DNA of 32,000 nt from Pseudomonas aeruginosa (GTDB lineage: Bacteria > Pseudomonadota > Gammaproteobacteria > Pseudomonadales > Pseudomonadaceae), in assembly GCF_001457615.1 (NCBI RefSeq), contig NZ_LN831024.1, positions 5,160,001 to 5,192,000 on the forward strand, written 5' to 3'. Shown in pieces: positions 1 to 9,146 of the stretch (within the stretch, counting starts at the first letter, position 1; each line of letters starts with the position of its first letter). The notes under the pieces are model-generated. The model did no database searches and was not told the origin of the DNA. It saw nothing but the letters and a program-made list of their open reading frames with translations. Both the position numbers and the translations under genes were made by a program.

Positions 1-377
1 ATGAAGATGCGCAACAGGTGGATCGAAGAGATCGCCACGATGGAGGCGGCCACCTTGTTCTTCAGCGAGCCGGAATCCATCTTGCCCAACCAGCTGAGCT
101 TTTCCTTGCCTTCGTCGATGTCCAGTTGCGAAACGAAGTTCTCGTAGCCGGAGATCATCACCATGACCAACAGGCCGCCAACCAGAGCCATGTCGATCAG
201 TGAGAGCAGGACCAGGATCAGGTCGGCCTCGGCCATCGCGAAGATGTTCGGGATGACGTGGAATATTTCCTGGAAGAACTTGATGGTCAACGCCAGCAGC
301 GCCAGCGACAGGCCCATGTAGATGGGAGCCAGCAGCCAGCGCGAGGCGTACATGGCGTTTTCGAAAAAGCGTTCCAT
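1..377 (-). CDS. yqhA: UPF0114 inner-membrane protein, YqhA family (partial; 3' end lies beyond the window start)
   Basis: Minus-strand ORF with ATG at 375-377 that runs off the window edge, so it is absent from the ORF track. My translation [77 protein letters not shown]...[29 protein letters not shown] closely follows E. coli YqhA as I remember it. Confidence 0.85.
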
Positions 378-550
378 GGTCTCTTGAGTGTATGTGCAGG
401 GGAAAATGGGGCGGCGAGTATAACGCAGCGGCCGGCGGTTTTTATCCAGAAAATCTGTGGATAAATATGTGCACCGAGCCGGGATGGATCCCGCCAGCGA
501 TGATGGCACGGGGCCTCGGCCGGATTGCTCAGGCTTTGCCCAGGCGCCGC

Positions 551-892
551 TCAGGATTCCGGGCGAAACAGGTAGTCGCCGACATGCGGCCGTCGTTCGC
601 CATTGAGTCGGCGCAGTTCGCCCTGCAGGTGCAAGCGCCAGATCGGCGGGTCGACGGCTTCGATATAGCCTTGCTGGGCCAGGCAGTCGGCAATCGCCTG
701 CAACACCCCTTCGGCCACCAGCGGTCCGTGGAAGGGGCCCTGGGCCTTGATCGCCGAAGGCTGGGAGCCGGACATGCCGGCGGCGCAAAGCAGGGTCCAG
801 AGTCCGTTCTCTCCGGCCAGCGGCCTGACCACGCATTCGATTCGCGTGGTCAGCCCCAGACAAGGGCGGATGAGGCAGAGGTTACGCGGCAT
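551..892 (-). CDS. hypothetical protein, 113 aa, no family recognised
   Basis: Complete ATG..TGA ORF with strongly G/C-biased third codon positions typical of genuine genes in this genome. It sits between two independent transcription units. I recognise no motif. Confidence 0.55.
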
Positions 893-980
893 GGCGGCAT
901 CCTCACGGGGGTTCCCAGTTTTGAGCCTACACCTGCCGCCAGGTTCCGCATAGCGCCGGCGGGAACTTGTCCACAGGGCT

Positions 981-1017
981 GAAACGCACGAGGGCGGGGC
1001 TTTCCAGCCCCGCCCTC
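981..1017 (-). terminator. probable intrinsic terminator downstream of the Lon-like protease gene
   Basis: Perfect 12-bp stem GAGGGCGGGGCT / AGCCCCGCCCTC (990-1001 / 1006-1017) with a TTCC loop, 25 nt after the stop codon. The T tract on the minus strand is short (GTGCGTTTC), hence moderate confidence. Confidence 0.5.
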
Positions 1018-1042
1018 GACAGGTTCCGACAGCGCGCCAGGC

Positions 1043-3496
1043 TCAGTCCTTCTTCGCCGCGGCCTTGTCCTTCGCCACGACGGTCTCTTTCTCCGCCGGT
1101 TTGTCCTTTTCCTTGTCGTCCTCTTCCATGCCGAGTTCGGATATCTCCTGCAAGCGCGCCACGACCAGATCGTTCACGCTGCCTTTCGGGAAGCGTCCCT
1201 TCTCGTCCTGGGCACCGACCGGCTTGCCCACCAGCAGCGCCAGCGCCTCGTCCACCTCGCGCACCGCGTAGACGTGGAACTGCCCGGCGCGCACCGCCTG
1301 CAACACGCGCTCGTCGAGCATCAGGGTAGTGACGTTGGCGCGCGGGATGATCACACCCTGCTCGCCGGTCAGGCCGCGCGCTTCGCAGAGGCGGAAGAAG
1401 CCCTCGATCTTCTCGTTGACGCCGCCGACCGCCTGCACCTCGCCGAACTGGTTGATCGAGCCGGTAATGGCGAAGCACTGCTTCAAGGGCGTCCGCGACA
1501 GCGCCGAGATCAGCGTGCAGACCTCGCCCAGCGAGGCGCTGTCGCCGTCCACGTAGCCGTAGGATTGTTCCAGGGCGATGCTGGCGGAGATTTCCAGGGG
1601 GAACTCCTGGGCGTAGCGGCTACCCAGGTAGCCGGTAAGGATCATCACGCCCTTGGAGTGGATCGGCTGGCCGAGGTTGACTTCGCGCTCGATATCGACG
1701 ATGCCGCTGCTGCCCGGATAGACGGTCGCGGAAATCCGCGCCGGCACGCCGAACACCGAGTCGCCCACCTCCAGCACGGTCAGTCCGTTGCACTTGCCGA
1801 CCGCGGCGCCAGCGGTGTCGATCAGGATGATCCCCGCCAGCATGTCGTCGAGGATCCGCGCCGACACCCGTCCGGTGCGGGTCTGCTTGGCCTTGAGGGC
1901 ACGCTCGATGTGGCCGAGCTGGATCACCTCCTCGTTCGCCAGCTGACGGATGAAATCGGCTTCGCTGACCAACTGGAACAGATCGCCGATCCGTGCCGAA
2001 AGCCGCCCCTGGTGCTCGGCCAGGCGCGCGCTGTAGGTCGCCAGTCGCGCCACCGCCGCGCCGCTGAGGGGCGCCATGCCCTCTTCCGAGGTGCGCGTCT
2101 TGAGCAACTGTGCGAACTGTTCGAGGCTGTCCTCGCCCAGCGGGATGTCCTCGTCGAAGTCCACCAGCACCCGGAACATCTCCTGGAAGTCCGGATCGAG
2201 GTCCTGCAGGGTGTAGTAGATCTGCCGCGAGCCGATGATGATCACCTTCAGTTGCAGCGGGATCACCTGGGGGGTCAGGGAAACCGCAGCCAGGCGGCCG
2301 AGTTCGGCCAGCGGCGACTCCATCTTCAACTGGCGCGACTGCAGGGCACGCTTGAGCGCGTCCCAGACGAACGGCTCGCCAAGCATCTTTTCCGCTTCCA
2401 GGATCAGGAAGCCGCCGTTGGCCCGGTGCAGCGCCCCCGGACGCAACTGCCGGTAGCTGGTGTAGAGCGCCCCCTGGTCCGAGCTGTACTCGATGCGGCC
2501 GAACAGGTTGTCGTAGGTCGGGTGCGACTCGAACACCACCGGCGCGCCGCTGGTCGCGTGGTGGACGATGGCCTGGTTCGGCGCGTACTGCTCGATCAGC
2601 CCTTGCTTGCGCTGGGCGTCGGTGCGGCTGTCGTCGACCAGTTGGTCGACCACGGTCTTCAGCAGGTTCAGTTGCATCGCCTGCAGGTAGGCGCAGACGC
2701 CCGGGTTGTTGTTGTACTTCTCCACCAGAGGCGCCAGCAGGGGCTGCAGGGCCAGGGTGATGGTTTCCTCGTTGAGCTCGCGCAACTGGTTGCTCGACTC
2801 GCGCTTCCACTGCGGCAGGCTCGCCAGTTCCTCGTTGAGGTACTCCTCGAGGGCGGCGATATCCTTGTGGAAACGCTCGCGCTCGGCTTCGGGCAACTGG
2901 GCGAATTCGGCCTCGTCGAGGGCCTTGCCGTCCTTCATCGGGGTGAAGGCGACGTTGGCGCTGTCGCGGTACAGCGCCACGTCCTTCTCCAGGGCGCGCC
3001 GCTCCACCGAGTCCAGGGCGCGGTCGTAGCGCTGGTTGAAAGCGCGGTCGACGGCGTTCTTCTTCTGCTGGTAGGCCGGATGCTCGAAGACCGCCGGGAA
3101 GGTCGACATCAGGTTGTCGATCAGACGGTCGATGTCGGCGCTGAATTCGGTCGCGCTGCCCGGCGGCAGCTCGATCACCCGAGGTTCGCGCGGCTCGTCG
3201 AAATTGTTCAGGTAGACCCAGTCGGAGGGCGTGGCGACGCGCTTGCCCTCGGCTTGCAGATAGCGTTTGACGAAGGAGAAGCGTCCGGTGCCCGGCTCGC
3301 CCATGACGAATACGTTGTAACCCGGACGCGGCATCGCCACACCGAACTGCAGCGCCTCGACCGCACGCTCCTGGCCCAGCACGCCGCGGAAGGGCTCCAG
3401 GTCATCGGTGGTGTCGAAGGCGAATTGCTCGGGAGCGAACGGGCGGGTCAGTTCTTCTGGCGCCAGGCGCAGGCCGGCAGCGACGGAATCGGGCAT
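1043..3496 (-). CDS. Lon-like (LonC/YcbZ-like) serine protease with a degenerate AAA+ module
   Basis: 822-aa ORF. The preferred start is MPDSVAAG at 3496, with AAGGA 6 nt upstream; an alternative ATG lies at 3511. The C-terminal Lon proteolytic domain has the catalytic-serine context VDGDSASLGE and a downstream Lys region. The N-terminal P-loop-like GEPGTGRFS and Walker-B-like GGFLILEAEK are separated by about 300 aa of helical insert. Confidence 0.9.
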   Translation of the reverse strand: MPDSVAAGLRLAPEELTRPFAPEQFAFDTTDDLEPFRGVLGQERAVEALQFGVAMPRPGYNVFVMGEPGTGRFSFVKRYLQAEGKRVATPSDWVYLNNFDEPREPRVIELPPGSATEFSADIDRLIDNLMSTFPAVFEHPAYQQKKNAVDRAFNQRYDRALDSVERRALEKDVALYRDSANVAFTPMKDGKALDEAEFAQLPEAERERFHKDIAALEEYLNEELASLPQWKRESSNQLRELNEETITLALQPLLAPLVEKYNNNPGVCAYLQAMQLNLLKTVVDQLVDDSRTDAQRKQGLIEQYAPNQAIVHHATSGAPVVFESHPTYDNLFGRIEYSSDQGALYTSYRQLRPGALHRANGGFLILEAEKMLGEPFVWDALKRALQSRQLKMESPLAELGRLAAVSLTPQVIPLQLKVIIIGSRQIYYTLQDLDPDFQEMFRVLVDFDEDIPLGEDSLEQFAQLLKTRTSEEGMAPLSGAAVARLATYSARLAEHQGRLSARIGDLFQLVSEADFIRQLANEEVIQLGHIERALKAKQTRTGRVSARILDDMLAGIILIDTAGAAVGKCNGLTVLEVGDSVFGVPARISATVYPGSSGIVDIEREVNLGQPIHSKGVMILTGYLGSRYAQEFPLEISASIALEQSYGYVDGDSASLGEVCTLISALSRTPLKQCFAITGSINQFGEVQAVGGVNEKIEGFFRLCEARGLTGEQGVIIPRANVTTLMLDERVLQAVRAGQFHVYAVREVDEALALLVGKPVGAQDEKGRFPKGSVNDLVVARLQEISELGMEEDDKEKDKPAEKETVVAKDKAAAKKD

Positions 3497-3594
3497 CGGG
3501 AATCCTTGCATCGGGCGGCAGATCGCCGCGGGGTGTCGTCGCCCGCATTCTCCCCCCAGCCTCGCGCCACTGACAAGGCGCGGATGGCGCTATC

Positions 3595-3921
3595 TCACCG
3601 ATGTACCAGGTCGGCGCAGCGCAGGCAGTATTCCGCCGCAGGCAGGGCGGCCAGGCGCGCCGGTTCGATAGCCTCGCCACAGCGCTCGCACTGGCCGTAG
3701 CGACCTTCCGCCAGGCGCAGGCGGGCCAGGCCGACCTGGCGCATCCCCGCCTCCGCCTCGGCGAGCAGGCCTTCGAGCACTTCGTCGTTCTGGCGCTGCA
3801 CCGCCTGCTCGGCAAAGTCCGGCGAATGGCTGCGCGCCAGGTCCCGGCGGATCGCCGCGGCGCGTGCCGCGTACTCGGTCGCCAGGGTTTCCAGGGCGGT
3901 AGCGGGGTCGAAAGCGCTCAT
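3595..3921 (-). CDS. TraR/DksA-family C4 zinc-finger protein (108 aa)
   Basis: C-terminal CERCGEAIEPARLAALPAAEYCLRC is a CxxC-N17-CxxC motif. The start is chosen at MSAFDP (ATG 3919-3921) because a strong AGGAGG lies about 6 nt upstream. The track ORF extends to 3999-4005 without an RBS. Confidence 0.85.
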   Translation of the reverse strand: MSAFDPATALETLATEYAARAAAIRRDLARSHSPDFAEQAVQRQNDEVLEGLLAEAEAGMRQVGLARLRLAEGRYGQCERCGEAIEPARLAALPAAEYCLRCADLVHR

Positions 3922-4155
3922 ATCCACCTCCTGCATGAGGAACGGCTGACCAAGGCCGGTTTCGCTCAGACCGACCAGAACTTTCCCAAGTCTGGACGGT
4001 TCCAAGCGGATTGCCGCTGACGCCGGTCAATTTTCGCCCGGCATTGCGCGCTGCCACCCATTCGGTGCCTTGACACCCCGGTGGCATTCCGAAAAGCTCA
4101 CGGCGTCGCTGGCCCGCTCCAGATGGCTCCGATCCACCTCAAGAGAGAACAAACG

Positions 4156-4644
4156 ATGAAACGGATTCTGCTCGGTACCCTGTTCGCCGCCGCCTCCTTC
4201 AACGCTTTCGCCGACGCTCCCGGTGGCGCCGGCTGCGGCTGGGGCAACATGCTCTTCAAAGGCCAGCGCGGCGTGGCCACCCACGTGGTCGCGGCGACCA
4301 CCAACGGCACTTCCGGCAACAACACCTTCGGCATGACCACCGGCACCAACGGCTGCCATACCAACGGCGCGCTGTCCTATGGCGGCAAGCCCCTGCTGGT
4401 GCTCGGCAGCATGATGGACGAGCTGTCCGAAGACATGGCCAAGGGCAATGGCGAAGCGCTGACCACCTATGCCGTGGTGCTGGGCGTGCAACCGCAGGAC
4501 CGCGAGCACTTCGCCGCCGTCACCCATGAGCATTTCTCCGAGATCTTCAACAAGTCCGACGCCACCGCCGCCGACGTCTATGCCAACACCCAGGCGATCC
4601 TGAAACAGGACGCCCGCCTGGCCAAGTACGCCGAGCAGGCCTGA
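4156..4644 (+). CDS. secreted DUF3015-family protein (162 aa)
   Basis: Start at MKRILLGTLFAAASFNAFA|DAPGG, a Sec signal peptide with an AxA-like cleavage site. The mature start GGAGCGWGNMLFKGQ and the SEDMA.GNGE motif are typical of DUF3015. AAGAGAGA lies upstream of the ATG at 4156. Confidence 0.8.
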   Translation: MKRILLGTLFAAASFNAFADAPGGAGCGWGNMLFKGQRGVATHVVAATTNGTSGNNTFGMTTGTNGCHTNGALSYGGKPLLVLGSMMDELSEDMAKGNGEALTTYAVVLGVQPQDREHFAAVTHEHFSEIFNKSDATAADVYANTQAILKQDARLAKYAEQA

Positions 4645-4702
4645 GCCTCGCCGCCTGCCCGTTCGCGGGCAGGCCCCTTTCCCCAAGCATTAAGCCTTGC
4701 CG

Positions 4703-6559
4703 ATGCCGAAACGCCTGTTGCCCTGGATGGCGCTGTGCGCCTGCTCCCCCCTTCTGGCTTCGCCCACGGTTCCCGAGGCCCGCCTCCAGCAACTGGCCGC
4801 CGATCCCTACTGGATCGCCCTCGGCCACTACGAACGCGGCAAGCTCGGCGGTTGGCGCAGCTACGTCGACGACGAGCGGTTCTTCCTCGCCGACAACGGC
4901 GAGAGCCACCCGGACGCCGAACTGGCGGCCACGCTAAAGGCGCTCTATGCCTCGCCCAGCCTTGGCGACAAGCATGCCCAGTGCGTCTACCCGGCGCGCA
5001 CCCGCTGGCTGCGCCAGCAACTGCAACTCGACGACCTGCCGCAGCCGCAGTGCGGCGAATACGACAACTGGTACCGCGACATCAACCCGCACAGCGCGGT
5101 GCTGGTGTTCCCCGCGGCCTACCTGAACAGCCCGTCGTCGATGTTCGGCCACACCCTGCTGCGCATCGACCAGGCCGACGTCACCAGCAACAACACCGCC
5201 CTGCTCAGCTACGCGCTGAACTTCGGCGCCTACATCGAAGGCATGGACAACAGCATCCTCTATGCCTGGAAAGGCCTGATGGGCGGCTATCCCGGCCTGT
5301 TCGCGCTGGTCCCGTACCGGGAGAAGCTGGCCGAGTACAGCCGCCTGGAGAACCGCGACCTCTGGGAATACAAGCTGAACCTCACGCCCGAGGAGACCGG
5401 GCGCATGGTCGAACACGTCTGGGAACTCAAGCAGGTCCGCTTCGACTACTACTTCTTCGACGAGAACTGTTCGTTCCGCCTGCTCGAACTGATGGAGATC
5501 GCCCGCCCGGGCATCGAGCTGACCGAGCAGTTCCCGCTTACCGCGATCCCCACCGACACCGTCCGCGCGGTGAAGAACGCCGGGCTGATCGAGCGCATCG
5601 ACTACCGGCCGTCGCGCGAGAAGGAACTGCTCGCCCGCGCCGAACCGCTCGACCATGCCGAGCGCGACTGGGCCAAGCGCCTGGCGGACGACGACAGCCT
5701 GCTCGACGCTCCCGACTTCAAGGCCCTGCCGATGCCGCGCCAGGCGCTGATCCAGGACGCCGCCTTCCGCCTGGTGCGCTACCGCGCCACCGGTCAGGCG
5801 CGTGACAGCGGCATCGCCTCGCGCAGCTACAACCTGTTGCGAGCGATCAACCGCAACCCGCCGCCGGACCTCCAGGTCGAGCGCCCCGGCCAGCCGGAGG
5901 ACGGCCACGAGTCACGGACCTGGCAGTTCGGCGTCGGCAGCCGCGATGACCGCGCCTTCGCCGAATACGGCCTGCGCATGGCCTACCATGACCTCGCCGA
6001 TAACGCCTATGGCTTCCCCCTCGGCGCGCAGATCGAGATCGGCCAGCTCAAGCTGCGCCAGTACGAAGGCAACCGCTGGCAGTTGCAGAATCTCGACCTG
6101 GTCACCATCCGCTCGCTGACCCCGCGCAACCAGTTGCTCAAGCCGCTGTCCTGGCAGGTCGCCGGCGGCCTGGAGCGGGTGCCGGGCGAGGACGGCGACG
6201 AAAACCTGGTCAGCCACCTCAACGGCGGCGCCGGCGGCAGCTGGATGTTCGGCGACGACTTGCTGCTCTACGCCATGGGCACCGCGCGGATCGAGAACAA
6301 CAGGGACTTCGCCGCCGCCATCGCCCCGGCGGTGGGCTTCGACAGCGGCCTGCTGTGGCGCAACCCGCTGGGCAACCTGACCCTGGAGGCCAAGGGCGAC
6401 TACTTCCACAACGGTGAAGTGCGCCGCAGCCTGGGCTTCGTCCAGCAGGTGGAGCTGGGCCGCGACCTCGGCCTGCGCCTGAGCGCCGAACGCGAGTTCA
6501 GCCATGTCGGCAAGCCGATCAACGAGGTGAAGCTGGAGCTGCGCTGGTACTACTACTGA
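4703..6559 (+). CDS. DUF4105 (Lnb N-terminal periplasmic domain) protein with a C-terminal beta-barrel-like region
   Basis: Signal-like N-terminus MPKRLLPWMALCACSPLLA. The central region (FGHTLLRID, YFFDENCSFRLLEL) matches DUF4105. The last ~200 aa show alternating hydrophobic patterning and end in RWYYY, an aromatic OMP-type C-terminus. The track ORF starts at TTG 4697; ATG 4703 is preferred. Confidence 0.8.
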   Translation: MPKRLLPWMALCACSPLLASPTVPEARLQQLAADPYWIALGHYERGKLGGWRSYVDDERFFLADNGESHPDAELAATLKALYASPSLGDKHAQCVYPARTRWLRQQLQLDDLPQPQCGEYDNWYRDINPHSAVLVFPAAYLNSPSSMFGHTLLRIDQADVTSNNTALLSYALNFGAYIEGMDNSILYAWKGLMGGYPGLFALVPYREKLAEYSRLENRDLWEYKLNLTPEETGRMVEHVWELKQVRFDYYFFDENCSFRLLELMEIARPGIELTEQFPLTAIPTDTVRAVKNAGLIERIDYRPSREKELLARAEPLDHAERDWAKRLADDDSLLDAPDFKALPMPRQALIQDAAFRLVRYRATGQARDSGIASRSYNLLRAINRNPPPDLQVERPGQPEDGHESRTWQFGVGSRDDRAFAEYGLRMAYHDLADNAYGFPLGAQIEIGQLKLRQYEGNRWQLQNLDLVTIRSLTPRNQLLKPLSWQVAGGLERVPGEDGDENLVSHLNGGAGGSWMFGDDLLLYAMGTARIENNRDFAAAIAPAVGFDSGLLWRNPLGNLTLEAKGDYFHNGEVRRSLGFVQQVELGRDLGLRLSAEREFSHVGKPINEVKLELRWYYY

Positions 6560-7107
6560 GCCAGCCTCCGACGCACCTCCATCAGGGCGAAGCCGAGCAG
6601 GTTGAGGCCTTGCCAGGTCGCCGGCTCGGCTGCCAGGGGATCGCTCGCGGCCAGGCCGATGCCCCAGATCGCGTCCACCGGGCTGGCCTCGACCAGCACC
6701 CGGTCGGCGGTGCCCAGAAGGTATTTCTTCAGCGAAGCGTTCTGGCCGAACTTGCCGAGGTTGCCTTCGATCACGATTCCCACCCGCTCGGCGTTCCAGC
6801 GTGCCTCGTCGAAGCCGGCGACTTCGCGGCCGAGGGCCTTCGCCTCGCCTGGGCTGCGCGCCGCCAGGATGCGCTCGAGCAACCTAGGGTCGTCGAACAA
6901 GCGTGCCTTGGCCGCCATCATGTAATGCTCGGCGCTGGCGTAGCGCACCCCGTCGAGCTTGAACGAAGCCTCGTACCACTGGCTGAAACAGCTCTTGCCG
7001 ACCTTGTCATCCGTCGCCGGGCGATGTCCCCAGAAATACAGGTATTTGAAGCTTTCGCCGGCCGCGCAGCGCTGGCGCAGCCGCTCGACGTCCATTATCT
7101 CGCTCAT
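6553..7107 (-). CDS. NADAR-family protein (YbiA-like, DUF1768)
   Basis: This is the last 184 codons of the 542-aa track ORF: MSEIMDVERL...FKYLYFWGH...FSQWY...F.LDGVRYASAEHYMMA.KARLF......ILAA.SPGEAKALGR.V.GFD...W......IV..GN..KF.QN..L...LL.T....LVEASP.D.IWGIG. These are the signature blocks of the NADAR/YbiA family. An alternative ATG lies at 7113. Confidence 0.85.
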   Translation of the reverse strand: MSEIMDVERLRQRCAAGESFKYLYFWGHRPATDDKVGKSCFSQWYEASFKLDGVRYASAEHYMMAAKARLFDDPRLLERILAARSPGEAKALGREVAGFDEARWNAERVGIVIEGNLGKFGQNASLKKYLLGTADRVLVEASPVDAIWGIGLAASDPLAAEPATWQGLNLLGFALMEVRRRLAQ

Positions 7108-7162
7108 CGGCATTCGTCCCTGGAGCCCGTGAAAAGACGCCAAGGATATCCCGAAGTGGTGT

Positions 7163-8758
<1,596 letters not shown>

Positions 8759-8868
8759 CACTGCTTATCCTTCAAGATAAAGATCGATATGAAAATATAT
8801 AGAAATAGCCAGGCATCTCTCCATCGAATTCGCCGACGAAGCGCAATAAAAAATTTATTCACCTTTAA

Positions 8869-8881
8869 AATCAAACAGTTA
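8869..8881 (+). promoter_or_regulatory. candidate IHF site between the AT-rich upstream region and the sigma-54 promoter
   Basis: AATCAAACAGTTA matches the IHF core WATCAANNNNTTR. It lies about 30 bp upstream of the -24 element, the usual architecture of sigma-54 promoters. This is a motif match only. Confidence 0.35.
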
Positions 8882-8910
8882 AGCAAGAAACAGTCTCATC
8901 GATAAAAACC

Positions 8911-8926
8911 TGGCACGCCGCTCGCT
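8911..8926 (+). promoter_or_regulatory. sigma-54 (RpoN) -24/-12 promoter of the rtc operon
   Basis: TGGCACgccgcTCGCT matches the consensus TGGCAC-N5-TTGCW in 10 of 11 defined positions (15 of 16 nt with the spacer) with correct spacing. It faces the SPFH-rtcB-NTase-rtcA genes and is divergent from rtcR. The predicted transcription start is near 8937. Confidence 0.75.
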
Positions 8927-9072
8927 ATATCCATTTCGACCGCATCGCCCATGCAGGCCGACGGGTCGGGACTCCAGTCCCGCCGGTGCCCGAGCCCACC
9001 CCTGGTGTCGGCGTCGTGCATGCCGCCCGCAACCACGACGGTCATTCGCGAATGACGGCAATGCCGCTTCGC

Positions 9073-9146
9073 GGTTCGATAGCTCAGCCTGGTAGAGCAA
9101 CCATCCACGAAATGGTCTGTCGCGGGTTCGACTCCCGCTCGAACGT
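9073..9146 (+). tRNA. tRNA-Arg(ACG)-like cloverleaf inside the rtc operon leader; non-canonical, so possibly a tRNA-like RNA element rather than a decoding tRNA
   Basis: Hand-folded cloverleaf. Acceptor GGTTCGA/TCGAACG (6 pairs plus a G1:G72 mismatch). U8 A9. D arm GCTC-AGCCTGGTA-GAGC. Anticodon arm ACCAT-CCACGAA-ATGGT (anticodon ACG, C at position 33). Variable loop CTGTC. T arm GCGGG-TTCGACT-CCCGC. No encoded CCA (the next bases are TTGCC). I believe reference annotations place a tRNA-Arg here but cannot verify that. Confidence 0.65.

Noticed and set aside
1274-3700. 808-aa plus-strand ORF
   Set aside because: It is fully antisense to the Lon-like protease gene. The translation is low-complexity (Ala/Arg/Gly/Leu/His/Gln-rich) with no motif. 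Such long stop-free antisense frames are expected in DNA this GC-rich, and the protease frame carries clear family signatures.
9073-9146. tRNA-like gene as the attachment site of a genomic island
   Set aside because: There is no integrase, no direct repeat of the tRNA 3' end, and no compositional shift downstream. The flanking genes (rtcR, SPFH, rtcB) form a coherent conserved functional unit.
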